Of a stretch of 64,000 nt of DNA, positions 47,801 to 60,316 are shown piece after piece. This DNA is from Balamuthia mandrillaris. Taxonomy: Eukaryota. The stretch's first letter is position 1; every line of letters starts with the position of its first letter. The DNA is taken from contig JAVKOQ020000019.1 of assembly GCA_031835245.2 (NCBI GenBank), forward strand, positions 1 through 64,000, read 5' to 3'. The translations under genes and the position numbers were made by a program. Under the pieces are notes generated by a model. It made no database searches. It was given only the letters and a program-made list of their open reading frames with translations, and was not told the DNA's origin.

Positions 47801-50800
47801 GAGGTGCTAGACCTATCCTCCTCACCAGGTAAATGCTTGAAAGTTTCCAACATCTTCTCGTTGATGGGCAGTACTCGTAGTACCACCCAAAGCTTGAATT
47901 TTTAAAACGGTTAATGAAGGAATAAAAGAAAAAAAGAAACAACAGAACATAGACAGATAGCATCATCAGAAAAAAACACACCATTGCTCTGTCGATTGAC
48001 TCCAAATTGAGAAGTTGGAAGAGCTGGTCAAAGTATTCTTGATTGTTGGCGAGAATTAACGTCGGAGGTACAATCTGTGGCTTAGTGGGCGCAGCTTCTG
48101 CTTTCTTCGGGGGGTCCTCTTCGGTCGTGTCTTCTTCTTCCTTGTCTTCTTCAGAAATTGGTTTCGGAGTTTCTTTTTCTTTTCCTTTGTCTGATAGCGA
48201 TGGCGCTTGCTCAGAAGCAAGTGGTGTGGCGTCACCGCCCTGTTCACGCTATGTTAGACAACGTTATGTCAGTGTTTTTTAAACAACGGTGGGTGGTTAT
48301 GGAGTGAAAAGAAGTAAGTTGTTGTACCTCAGTCGCTTCTTCCAATAGTTTTTGCTTGCTGGCATCATCCAACAGAAGATTCAAAGCTTTGTCCTAATTT
48401 TAAACAAAAAAGAATGACAAGAACGAATGAGACAGCCAAACACAAAAGACCTTAAAGACAGAAGATAGAAAGAAAAGCAAATAGGAGATAAAGAGAAGCA
48501 GAATAAGCATGAAAATACCGCATCCCACAAATTCTTTTCCATAGCGATGCTGACTACCAACTTTGAGAGGCCAAACATATCAGCCAATTGCTCCACTTGA
48601 CTTTCTTGGCCAGTTGGAATTTGAGGAGGACCCCGTTTAGGCAGTGGTTCATCGGCTTTGAAAGATACTTGTTTGTTTTGTGGTTGTGGGCCTATTTCCG
48701 GGGAAGAAGAAGCGGCATCACTATTTGCTTTTTCTTCCTCTTCCTTTTCTTTTTCTTGTTCGAGACGTTTCTTCTCTTCTTTGTCGCGCTTCTTGTATTC
48801 ATCCAAGAAAATCTTTGAAATGAAAGGCGTTAATAATGAACACAAAGGAGAAAAGGATGAAGCAGAAGATGACTGGAGCGCACTTTCAAAGCCAACACCA
48901 ATCGGTTGATTTGATTTGCTTCGAGTCGTCCGTGGTCTCCCTCTTTGTTCTCTGCTTTTTCTACAAGGCTAGATTGGCATTGTTGGAGTTGAGACATGCA
49001 AGTACTAATATATTGTTGTTGAATTGCGTTCACATCTTGGTTATTGTTATCAACCTTTTATCAGAATATTCAGTTGGAAGATGAGCAAAAAGAACACGCA
49101 AAAGATAAAAGGGAAATAGAAAAGAGAAATAAAAAAGAGAATATAAAGCAAGACCAAAGCGACAACACAAAAAAATAAAGACATACGTTGAAGTGGAGTT
49201 GCACAAGAAACTCCATTGCCGCTCTTGACACAAGATAGGCATCCGCGTTCAAAGCGATCAACCACAAACAGTTCAGTCCAACCAAGTTATCAAAGTTGAT
49301 AACCTTCAAGTCGATTTTGCCGCTGAGATGAATGCTTTGAATGGTCAAACTGTCGCGATACAAATTCACACAACAGAAATATCGAGCGAAGCCGTTGAAC
49401 TCGACTAAACCCATGTCGGTGAGTAAAGTGAGTGGAGACTTTGTTTCTGCTTTATGCCGTTTCGTTTCAGTGGAGGAAACAACTTCTTCAACCTCTTCAG
49501 TTTCAATTTCGAGGTTGTCAAAGATGAGACTTTGGCTTCTTGGACGAGAAGAAGCTCCTTTTGTTTTGGTTTGGATTGGATTTGGTTTTGGTTTTGGTTG
49601 TTTTGTTTGTTGTGAGTCACATTATCTGATGAAAGAAGAAATAAGCTATGGTATGAAAGCAAACCTTCAATTCTCTGTTGCATCTTTTGGAAGATGTGCA
49701 AAATGACATGACCATCCAAAATGTCACTTCCATCCTTTTCCGTTATGTTCGCAATCTCATAAAACCAATATAAAGCGATCTGCCTCTCCTCTCTGGTCGT
49801 GTTTTCGTTGTCTATAAGGGCTCCCCACAAAACATCAACGTTGGAAGCGGAGAGGCGAGCCTCAGAGTTGTCCAAAATGAAGCGAAGAAAGTCCAACCGG
49901 AGAGTTATTTGTTTGAGATGAGGATAACGACCCACAAAAATGGAGTCGTTGATGGGTTCCTCACTAGTCTCACCTAACTTTTGTTTAAGCTTTTCAAATG
50001 AAATAGAGTGAGCGCAAAAAAAAAAACCCAAACAAAAACAAAAACAAAAAACAAAACTAGGATAGGGAGAAAAAAATGAAAAAAAAGTACCTCAGCTACT
50101 TTAGCGAAGCTTGCTTTCTTGTACTCTTCGATGGATGCAATCAATATTTCGGGCAAGTCGTACTTCTTCAATAAATCATTGACGACACTCTGTCTGGTGG
50201 GTTCGTTTTCTCTTACGGTCTTGGTGGCAGACCATGGCCACCGGCTGCTCGTTGATGAGGTCGAAGATTCTTTCTTTGGATAATGTCTTGTGTTACCTTT
50301 TGAGAAATGTTGCAGGTTTTTGAACTTCAACATAGGAAATGAAAGAAAACAAAAAACAGAAGTAAGGATAGGACAAAAAACGTACTTAAGATTTCATGCA
50401 GAAGTAAAATACATTGAGGAACAGCCCTTCGTTCCTTAATACCGAGAATGCAAAGCTCCATTATAATCGGACTGAGAGAAATAAAGTTATGTATGATTCA
50501 CAAATAAGCAGGAAAAAAAACAAAAAAGAGGAGAAAAGAAAACGTACAAAAAGCTCTTAAAAGCATAGTAAGCTGTTTTTTCAATGAGCTGATCGAGAGC
50601 AAACTCTGCAACAGCAGCTGAGGCACCCGAATCGTCTTGAATAATGTCCCACAGCTGCTTCAGTACAGCTTCCTATATGATTTGTTTTTTTTAAAAGAAT
50701 TTTTTTAAAAAAACAAAAGAATAAATAACACAGTGTAAAACAGAAAGAATAAATAAACAAAACACAAAGAAAGAATAAACGTACTTTGACATTCGACATT

Positions 50801-52678
50801 TCCAACAACAAGGAAATAGTTCGCGGAGTGATCTGAGAGAAAGGAACGCTATTGATCTTTTCCAAAAGATACATTTGCGTCTTTTCATCCAGGTTCAGAC
50901 AAATGTTGCCCAAAAGCTCATAGACAGCATCTGCCAAGCTTTCGTCCTGAGCAGCTTCCCATAAAGCATCCAGAACACGACCTTCGGCCAAACTCTTCTC
51001 TTGAGCCAAGAACTGGACAATGCCTTTGGAACGTTTGATCAATTCCCTGTGATCCATCATGTTTTTGACAATTTCATTGTCTGAGAAAGAATCCCGTGTT
51101 AACTAAAACGATAACAACTTGAAGGAGAATGGAAACGCTAAGAACGTGATGATAAGATAGAATAATACCTCGAATCCAATCAACAAGAAGAGGACAGGTA
51201 AGCCAGCGAGCAACAGGAGGAGGATCACGATTTCTGAGAACATAGCGATCGCTTCCCGGCACCCTTACGTACTCGGCACGTGGCGAGGACAAGTAATTGT
51301 ATTTCTTTCTGCGGGCCATGCTAATAGCATCTTCTATGAACGACATTCCCATCGCCCGTTTTTCTGAGGTCCCCACAAAAAATTAGGCGAATGATTCCAA
51401 AAGAAATATGAATCGAAATAGAAGGCGAAAGGTGTTACCGAGTTGAGGAGACTTGAAGCACTTGAGAGAAAAATCCAGCCAATTCATTTCGAATTGTTCT
51501 CCCATCCCACTGTTGCTGTACTCATTTATGAGTTTGTCGATGTTGTTGAAAAGCTGCTTAACTTCGTCTTGCTTCACGTTCCTCAGTTCGGCATCTGTCA
51601 GGTGCAACAACAGCTGAAACGCACGTTCTTCCATCGGCGGAAAGATCTCTTTCTTCGCTTCCTTCCGTAGTATTACTCTTACCTTTGTTTGTGTTGTTAA
51701 AAAACAAAGATGAACAGAAAGAAAGAGGAACGCAGAAAAGAACAACAAAGGGCTTACTTTGCTAACAGCACCACTCATAACAGCATAGCAAGCCACAGGC
51801 ACTTTCTTTCCGGGTTCGTCAACCGCAATCCTGTTGAGCATTCTTGCGAAGCCGCCTTTGTATCCAAAGTAATCCACAAGATAGGTAAAGAACTTGGGAG
51901 CTCGCGAGTTCTCTAGCACGTAAAGATAACTCTCGATGGGATCCTCCAGGTTTCGTTGTTCCAAGTACTTAGCGAATAAAGCTTCCTAATGATGGTAAAT
52001 AGATTCAGGACTAACGTTTTTGTGCTCTCTTCTTGCAGTCATTCCTTTCTTCTAGCTTCTCTTCGTATTCTTTCTCTCCTTTGTCCCTTTCTTCTCTCCT
52101 CGCTTTCTAATCGCTTCATTGGCTCTCTCTTCTTTTTTCTCTTCTTGTGCTAAACAAACATTAAGAAGAACGAACCGGCTTAGGGAAGTAGAAGCGGCAG
52201 TCTTCGTCAAAAATGCGAGAAAAAGCGTTCAGCAGAGGCAAGCGGTCCTGATCCATGAAATGGCAAACCAACTGTAATACTTGGGCAAAAAACTTGTTGA
52301 CTAACAGGTACGGTTCGTCCATTCCTCTGAAACTGTTACGTAGAGATAGAATAGACATTTAAGAACAATAGACGAAAGCAAGCGAATGAAAAGAGAATGA
52401 CGAAGTAAACGACGACGAGGTAGAGCAGACGGAAGAAGAAACCTTCGAGTCGAAAGGTTGACAACAATGGCAGGCAATGCCACGTCCAAAAAGTAGTTTT
52501 GGTGCTCCTCGCTGAGAGCGCAATTGCCATTCAGCAGGTCCGTTATCAGCATTTCCAGCTGCAACATGTACTTGGTTGGATCGATCGAATCTGAGTTCAT
52601 CCAACAACAAACCAACACAACAACCGAAAATGAGTTGATACTGACGACAAGAATAAAAAAGAAACGGAGAAGAGAGAG

Positions 52679-52719
<41 letters not shown>

Positions 52720-53026
52720 TGAACGAACCTTTGTCAACATCTTTTCGCATCTGAGTGTAGCGACGAACATAATCCTTGTCGTCGATCGGTTCCACTTCGA
52801 TCTTTGGCGGCTTGGCCTCTGGCGCCGCGACCAGTTGTTGTTCGGCTTCGGCTTCGGCTTCCTCCACTCCTACCTTCTCTTTGTCCTTCCTCTCCTTCAC
52901 TTTGCCTTCATCTTGGGGTTGCGCCTGTGGTTGTTGGGTTAGGGTCGTTGTCAAGCCCTCCGACGGGAGTTCTTCCTTCTCTTTGCCTTCGTGGACGTCG
53001 TACGGAAAGTTGGAGGAGGAGCTCAT
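40985..53026 (-). CDS. Large ubiquitin-specific protease, USP9X/USP24/USP34-like (many exons)
   Basis: Cys box GLRNPGCICYMNSLLQQ; QEDASEF; KRFDY; His box YELVGILVHTG/GHYYSYIKER; WYEFND; SAYILFYQR. Long helical N-terminal region with a UBA-like segment (VEQLADMFG). Confidence 0.9.
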
Positions 53027-53459
53027 CTTCTTCTTTTCTTCTTACCGCTCACCGATAAAGCAAAAAAGAACGAAAGAAAGAAAGAAAGAGAAAGAGAACA
53101 GAACTCTCTTTCGTTTTGGGGTTTCTGTTCTTCAAACAAAATGGAACAAAGAAATAAAGCAAATGAAAGAAAAGACGTTTTGGTTAAGTGCTACTACTCC
53201 CAAAACCAAAAATAAAACGATCAGAAAAAAGAAGTGGAGGGAGGTCTCCTATACCTCTAGAAGAATTCCTTTGGGGTGTCAAATTAAAGTTTGTGCTGCG
53301 GGAGGGTTGGCTGCAATGGCGGCCTACGTACTGCCGCTGCTGCTGGCTCTCCTGCTGTTCGGATTTCCTTTATTCTTTTTTTTTTTGTGGCTCTCTTTCG
53401 TTCGCGGAACCAAAAAAGTCTGCGTAGCGCTGAAAAGTTTTTCTGTTCAAGTCGTCATG

Positions 53460-53845
53460 AGCACTCTCCTCTGCTCTTTCTTCTCTCTTCTCCAATCTCC
53501 TCTCTCCTGGCTCTCTCCGACCTCTCCTCTCCAATCTGCTCTCTGCTCTCTGCTCCCTCCTCTCTGCGCCTTCCTCTCTTCTCTGCTCTCTGCTCTCTGC
53601 TCTTTCCTCTCTCTCTCCTCTCTTCTATCTGCTCCTTCCTCTCCGCTCTCTCGTCTCTGCTCTCTGCTCTCTGCTCTCTCCTCTCTCTCTCTCCCTCTCT
53701 CCTCTCTCCTCTCTTCTCTATCCTCTCTCCTCTTTCCTCTTTCCTCTCTCTCTTCTCTCTCCTCTCTCCTCTCTCCTCCTCCTCCCTCCTCTCTCCTCTC
53801 TTTCTCCTCTCTCCTCTCTCCTCTCTCTTTCCTCTCCCTCTTCTT
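53460..53845. repeat. Degenerate CT-rich low-complexity tract
   Basis: Almost exclusively C/T with CTCTG/CTCTC units. Confidence 0.9.
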
Positions 53846-53925
53846 CTTTGCAATGGGAACAAGTACTAAAATAAGGGGATGGGCTTGCTCTTTGTTAGAC
53901 CAAGAGGAATAGGAGAGAGCCAGGC

Positions 53926-54484
53926 TTACAGGGCGTTATAACCATGTAAGCGACCCGCAGGATGTCCACCAACGCAAGTGAAGATGGCGGCAAGGATGGC
54001 TGGGATGGTGGCCACAAGGCTCATCCAGAAACCTTCTCTGGGTCCCCAATCCCCGCTCTTCATGAACGTGTCGCAAGGAGTGTCGGAAACGTCGCAGTCC
54101 AGGTCGTGGCTGAGGGCAGCCGGATGCCAAAACAGCAACAGCCAGGCAGCCATCACCAACGGGACCAGCAAACAACCCAGCAGAATGGCCGGCACTCTGA
54201 GCTTCTTCCTCCACCTTCCGATGGCCTTTTGTCCAAAATATTATTTTAGAAAGAAAAACAAAAACGAGAAAGAAAGCACAAGTGAACAGAAAAAAAACAG
54301 AGGAAAAAGTGTTTTTAAAAAAATAATAGAGGACAATCAAAAACATAAAACATACGCGGAAACAGCCGAACGAAAAGATGGTGAGAATGCTGGCCAGAAA
54401 CACGCCAAACACGACAGCGAGAACGAGGCTCGTCAAAATCAAGTCATACATTGTTTTCAATTGACCGGAATTGTGTCTGTTGAG

Positions 54485-54519
<35 letters not shown>

Positions 54520-55024
54520 GTGTGAGAGAGAGAGAAGTGTGTGAGAGAGAGAGCGTGTATGTGAAAGAGAGAAAAAGAGAAGAGAAGAGAAGAGAAGAGA
54601 AGAGAAGAGAAGAGAAGAGAAGAGAAGAGAAGAGAAGAGAAGAGAAGAGAAGAGAAGAGAAGAGAAGAGAAGAGAAGAGAAGAGAAGAGAAGAGAAGAGA
54701 AGAGAAGAGAAGAGAAGAGAAGAGAAGAGAAGAGAAGAGAAGAGAAGAGAAGAGAAGAGAAGAGAAGAGAAGAGAAGAGAAGAGAAGAGAAGAGAAGAGA
54801 AGAGAAGAGAAGAGAAGAGAAGAGAAGAGAGAGAGAGTATTCGTAAGAAGAAAAAAAAGACGAAGCCAAAAAAAGCAAAAGCATTACTTGTAGGTGTATT
54901 CCTTGCCGAAAGAATAGTTGTGCACCTCGTATTCGTACCAGGGCACGAACATGGCGACAAAGGCCACGATCAGCACAAATGCCGTTAAAAACAGGGCGGA
55001 CAGGTACTTGAAGTTGATCCTCAT
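53926..55024 (-). CDS. Claudin/PMP22-like four-TM membrane protein (three exons)
   Basis: TM1 followed by PWY, three further hydrophobic segments, and a Cys pair plus WGP.EGFW before TM4. Confidence 0.6.
54575..54829. repeat. (AAGAG)n pentanucleotide satellite in an intron
   Basis: About 50 perfect units. Confidence 0.97.
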
Positions 55025-55385
55025 CTCTCTCTGGTTTGCGTTTGGCCTGTTTGTGGTGTTGTTGTTCCTCTCTCTTTGCGTTTGTTTGTTTGGTGTGTTT
55101 AATTCTTCGTTTTTCAAGAATTGTCGCACTATCAAAATTAATTACGTGTAATACTTGCAAGCCTATCCTGTCGGGGCACTTCTTTTTCTATTTGAAACAA
55201 ACAAACACCCTTTCTTGAAAGAAAAGACGTCTGTTGGCCAGAAGAAGGTTTCTCACAGCGTTTTAGAACTTGTGGAAAGAGATAAGAGAAGGAACGGTCA
55301 AAAGAAACATGGCTGAGAATGTCAAATGTTTGTTTGTTGCGAGCAGTGATAGGCAACCAGTGTTTCAAGGACCTTGTGTTTTGCC

Positions 55386-56304
55386 ATGCAAAAGCCACAG
55401 CGACTCGACGAGAAGGACGAGCTGGCATCTATGCTCAAAAAAAGCTTCACCTACGTCGAGGAGAACCCCGTTGACGATGAGTTGGAGTGTGCGATTTGTC
55501 ACTTCCCATTGGTCGACCCTGTCGTCGAGCCTTCATGCCGGCAAATGTTTTGCCAAGAGTGCCTCGCTCGTTGTACCCAAAGCAACGGCAAGTGCCCGCA
55601 CTGTCGTGCAAACGTTACGATGGCAGCCTGCCACCCCCCGCCTGGGTTCGTCACCAACAAGTTGGACGGTTTGAGGGTCGTGTGCCCGGTCTGCTCGACA
55701 CACGTCGAACGCAGCTCTCTCGGTCCACATGTGCACCGCTGTCCTAAACGTACGTCGTATTTGCTTTTCGTTATGATCCCTTTCTAACTTTTTGCTTGCA
55801 GCTTGCAAACTAGGGTGTGGTGCGATGGTTGCTCCAATCGATGAGCAGGTTCACGAGAGTAGTTGTTCTGCGAGAATAGTACTGTGTTCTTCGGCGGATA
55901 TCTTTTGCCCGGGGAAAGGCCCTGCCAGCGAACATGCAGCACACCTTGCTTCATGTGCATTTACTCAGCTAGCACCAATACTTCGTTCAATGCAAGCGCA
56001 GATCGTGGACCTGCGCCGTTCTCTAGATGCGCAGATCGTGGACCTAAAGGAGAATACTCCCCGCATATGTAAACTATGTGGGCACTGTTCTCGGTCTGCT
56101 TGTGCATATGGTGGGTGCTTACGTAGAATCGATTGCCGTGACACACATAGGCATGAGTGGTTCCCAATTTCCGGACCTGTTAAGTGTGTCTTAAGTTGGA
56201 GCGGCTGCGTTACAACCCAACACTTCAAGTGTATGCTTTGTGAACGCATTTTATGCAGCAAACATAAGACTAGTGACGATAACTGTCCCGGCCACATGGT
56301 GTAA
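55386..56304 (+). CDS. RING + TRAF-type zinc finger protein (one intron), no MATH domain
   Basis: LECAICHFPLVDPV...CRQMFCQECL...CPHCR; LDGLRVVCPVC...HVHRCP; C-x3-C...H-x3-C repeats; short coiled coil; Cys-rich tail. Confidence 0.85.
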
Positions 56305-56914
56305 AATTGCTCACCTTGATACATTAGCTTCTTCCATTTATGAATAAAACCAAGTTGAGTCGACTGGTACAGCTTGATGCCTCTTTTCTGGGGTTTTCGC
56401 CACCACTCTATTCCTGTTCTTGTAGTTTCAAGTAGAAATGATGCACACGGAGTTCACTGTGACTTCACCGTAAACAACTGCTATTCAACACCTATCAAGG
56501 CTGCCCTTTGTAATCAAAGCTTTTTAATCGTTTGCTAATTCTTTAACAAGAACAACTCAGGGTCAACAACGTTGTTCGCCATCGCTGCGCTATCTTTTAG
56601 TGTCGTTCTTCAGCGTTACCGTCTTCGTGGTCATCATCATGCTTCTTCGCTGCAATTATAAACTACCATGTTTGCTTTCAGAACAGGTCGTAAGTCACTC
56701 ATCACCATGCACCCTCGCTTAAAGTACCCCCTACGTACGTTGCACTCCTGAGCAGAGAATATTCTGGTACGACCCTGATTTCACCTTTCTTCTTTCTTCT
56801 TTCTTATCTCCGCTTTCTCCTTGCCTATCATTCTTCATTGTTCCTTGTTACTGAACGCCTTCTTATTCATCACCTATTTAGTGTTATTGTTTACTTTTGT
56901 TTGTGGTTTTAGGT

Positions 56915-59298
56915 TTAGTGGGGCTTGAAAGGGTTGTTGATGGCTTGGATCTTTTTGCATTCCATCTCTCCGTGCTGATGAGTGAGAGAGTAGGAAATCA
57001 GTATTTGTTTCAGGAGAGAGAGAGAGAGAGAGAGAACCTTTTTAACGAAGTCAAGAAAGGACATCCATCCGCCTCCAACTCGCACTTTTGATGTAGCACA
57101 ATTTATAAGCGTATGAAAAAAACTGAAAAAGAAAAGAAAAGAAAGAGAGAAGAGACGAAATAAAAAGAGGAGAGATGCAGAGAGAAGAGAACGAGAGAGA
57201 CGCACAGACAAAGAAGCAAAGCACAGAAAAGATAAGAGAACAACAGAAAAACGAGGGATTAATACCCATAAGACGATTTGTACCGCCTTGCAGCTCCACT
57301 CGAATCTTTTTGGCACCAAACTGATAACTACCAGTAGATAACCTTTCAAAGTTTGGTGGAATGGCCAACACCTCCTTCACGAATCCTGTTTTAAACCAAA
57401 ACGGAAGGTGAGAAGGGTGAATAACTTAACACAAGAACAAGAAAGCGAAAAAGGAGCGTTACCAAGTTCTTTTAGCAACTCGCCAAGTTTTACATCCACA
57501 GGATCACTCTTGACAAACATGAAGAATGTGAGAACACAAACAACAAACAAATAGAACAGCGAAGGAGAAAGAGAAAGAGAAAGAGAAAGAGAAAGAGAGA
57601 AAGAGAGAGAGAGAAAGAGAGAAAGAGAGAAAGAGAGAAAGAGAGAAAGAGAGAAAGAGAGAAAGAGAGAAAGAGAGAAAGTGAGAAAGTGAGAAAGAGA
57701 GAAAGAGAAAGAGAAAGAGAAAGAGAAAGAGAAAGAAAAGAGAAAGAGAAAGAGAAAGAGAGAGAGAAACGGCAACAAACCGTAACAGGTTGATACACGA
57801 TAGAAGGCGGTCCACCAGCCTCCGAATCTGCCATCAACAAACGTCTCACACGGTCATCTTCGCTGTCGTATCTGTCCTCCTCTCCAGAGGGATACCACAG
57901 CAAATCTTGCAAGCGCTCATCCTCCGACATTGAAGTATAGTTTTCGCTGTCCGAAGTGGCTGACGCGGTGCCTGCCCTCAACCGTAGCCGTTCCTGCCGT
58001 CTTCTCTCCTTCTCTATTCGCTTTCTCTCCTTCTCTCTTTGGCGCTTGGCTTTCTCTCGTTTCTCCTCCAGCTCCAACTCTCGTTCTCGCAAGAGTTCTC
58101 TCTCCCGTTCGCTCATTTTTTGGTTCAATATGGCTTGTTCCTCCGCTGTGGCGGTCTCTCGTTCTCTTTCTTCCTTTAACTTTTGAAGTTGTTGGTCTCG
58201 TTTCTCTTTTTCCGCTCTCTCCAATCGTTCTTCAAACGGCGTTTTCTCTTTCTTTAGCGTTGTTATTGTTTGTACGTCTTCCAGCTTCTTTGCTTCTTCC
58301 TCTTCTTTTTCCGCTTTTGCTTTCTCTTTCTCTTCCTCCTCTTTAATCTGTTGCTGAATGATTAACTGACGTTGTCGTCGCATCTTCTCGCGCTTCTCTT
58401 GTTCCTGTCGAATCTTCTCTCTGTCCTGCTTCATTCTCTCCTCACCCCAGGACAATCTGCTCGGCGAAGCGTTCATACTCACGCCCATCCTCTTCATGCT
58501 TTCCTCCACCTCCTTTTCTTGTTCTTCTTCTCCTCCTCCTTTCTCCTTTTCTTCTCCTTGTTGATTTTGTGGTTGCATAGCGGTTGTTTTTGTCGGTGTG
58601 GTCAACTTTGAGTTGGGTGAAGCGGTTGCAGGAGGAAAGCGCCGAGACATGAACCAATCCACGGAGGTTTTGTCCACCTCCTCCTCCTCCATCACCACTT
58701 TGTCCTTTGCCTCGCTCTCGTCCTCCGAGATGAGGGAGGACAACACCTTGGCCTCCTCTCCCTCGGACTGCGTGTCCCAACCTGAAAACTTCTCGGCAGC
58801 GGCTATCCATTCGATCAGCTTGTTGTTGTTTGGCCGTTTCGTGGGAGTGGTGGTGATGGATGGTGTCGACGCTATTTGAGGAAGAGGAAATATGCTTTGT
58901 TGTGGGGGTTGATCAGAAGAGGAGGAGGTTGTTGTTATTGACGAGCCATTCCCATTTTTTGTTTTCGGCTGATGGCTGCCAGCAGCGGTTCGTTTTTTCG
59001 TTTTGTTGCTGCTGCTTGGGGATGGTGATGGTAGTTCTTCGGTGTGAGCATGGTCATCATATGGAGAAGCAGAAGGAGGAGAAGGGACGAGCGATAAGGG
59101 TTGAGGCGAAGAGGAAGCATGCTGAAGACAATCCAGAAAGGCTTGGGCGCGTCGGTGCAAGGCCTTGTCGAGGTGGGGATTTTGGGTGCGCAGGAGAAGC
59201 TCCAACCCGTGGACCAGGCGTTCCTCCTGCGCTTTGAGCCGCAGCCGCAAGAGTTGGACCTCCTTCTCCAAGCGTGCTTCCTCCTCCTCTTCTTTCAT
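56915..59298 (-). CDS. Coiled-coil protein with C-terminal GAS2/GAR domain (multi-exon)
   Basis: DPVDVKLGELL, FERLSTGSYQFGAKKI, LM/VRVGGGWMSFLDFV; long E/K/R-rich coil. Confidence 0.85.
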
Positions 59299-60316
59299 TT
59301 TTTCGTTCTTTCAAGTTTAATTTTACTTGTCGACAAGTCTCGTTGCTATATCTCTTATCTACCAAGCTCAAAATCTCATGTCCGTATTTCAAGTCGACAT
59401 GAAAAAATTTAAAGCGACTTGGGAAAGCACTCTTACACCTTCTTCACCGCTGGTGTGGATCCCCCCATGGCCTCAACTTGGAGGGGAAAGGTACTCCCCA
59501 ACTCAGTTGTTTCGATGGCCGTAGGTGTCCCTCCTAAACTATTCTCTCTTTCTTTCTTTCTTTCTTGCAAATTTGTTTCTTTGAAAGGAACAGGAGCACG
59601 GTTTTCCTAAGGCAGGTCGCTCCGGGCTACACATAGAACAAGCAGTTGAGTGCAATCGTTGGCAGCGGTGAAACGCCTCACTCAAACACAGTTCCCTTCA
59701 TTGTAAGCCCGCAGGAGTAGACAAAACCAAGGTAACACCTCACGCTATTCCCCTTTTGTCCCTCCACACTTATGTCGCTACACTCCCTTCATCCACGGGT
59801 GGTGGAGTGGTCCCCCTCTGCTTATCTCAGCGTTTCATTTCAGAAGGGTAACCCATCCGGTTCCGTTTCATTCCCCCTCCCTCACAAAAGCGAGGCAGGA
59901 GTTTCATTCGTGTAATGATTCTTCCTTCCTTCCTTCCTTTCGCGCACCACATTTCCTCCTGATTTCCACTATATTGCTATGGGGGTAATGCATTACCCCG
60001 GAGAAGTTCCAGCAACGAAGCAATGGAAAGGGCGGAGAAAAAAACCGGGAACGGCCCGAATACACGACAGCCGTCGACGAGTTTGACGGCGAAAACTCCC
60101 TCAGCAGCACTAATCGGGGCGGTTCTTCTTTTGAATTTCCACCGATCCGCCGCTATCTGCTGGTTCTCCCCTCAATTTCAGGATGATGGACGCCGCGTGG
60201 CCTGATCATCTCCAAGGATAAATAGCTGCTCCCCCTTCGCTTCTACTCTCAACAACAACAACAAACAAAAAAAAAACAACAAAAAACACAAGCAAAACCG
60301 AACCAGCAGGACAACT

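Noticed and set aside
52776..53912. 378-aa plus-strand ORF
   Set aside because: It is made of USP antisense sequence plus a CT low-complexity tract, with no domain evidence.
54444..55160. (LFSSL)n and (REEKR)n ORFs
   Set aside because: They are translations of the intronic AAGAG satellite.
59420..60215. Telomerase RNA, SRP, U3 or RNase P/MRP identity for the structured intergenic region
   Set aside because: No template or diagnostic conserved boxes were recognisable.
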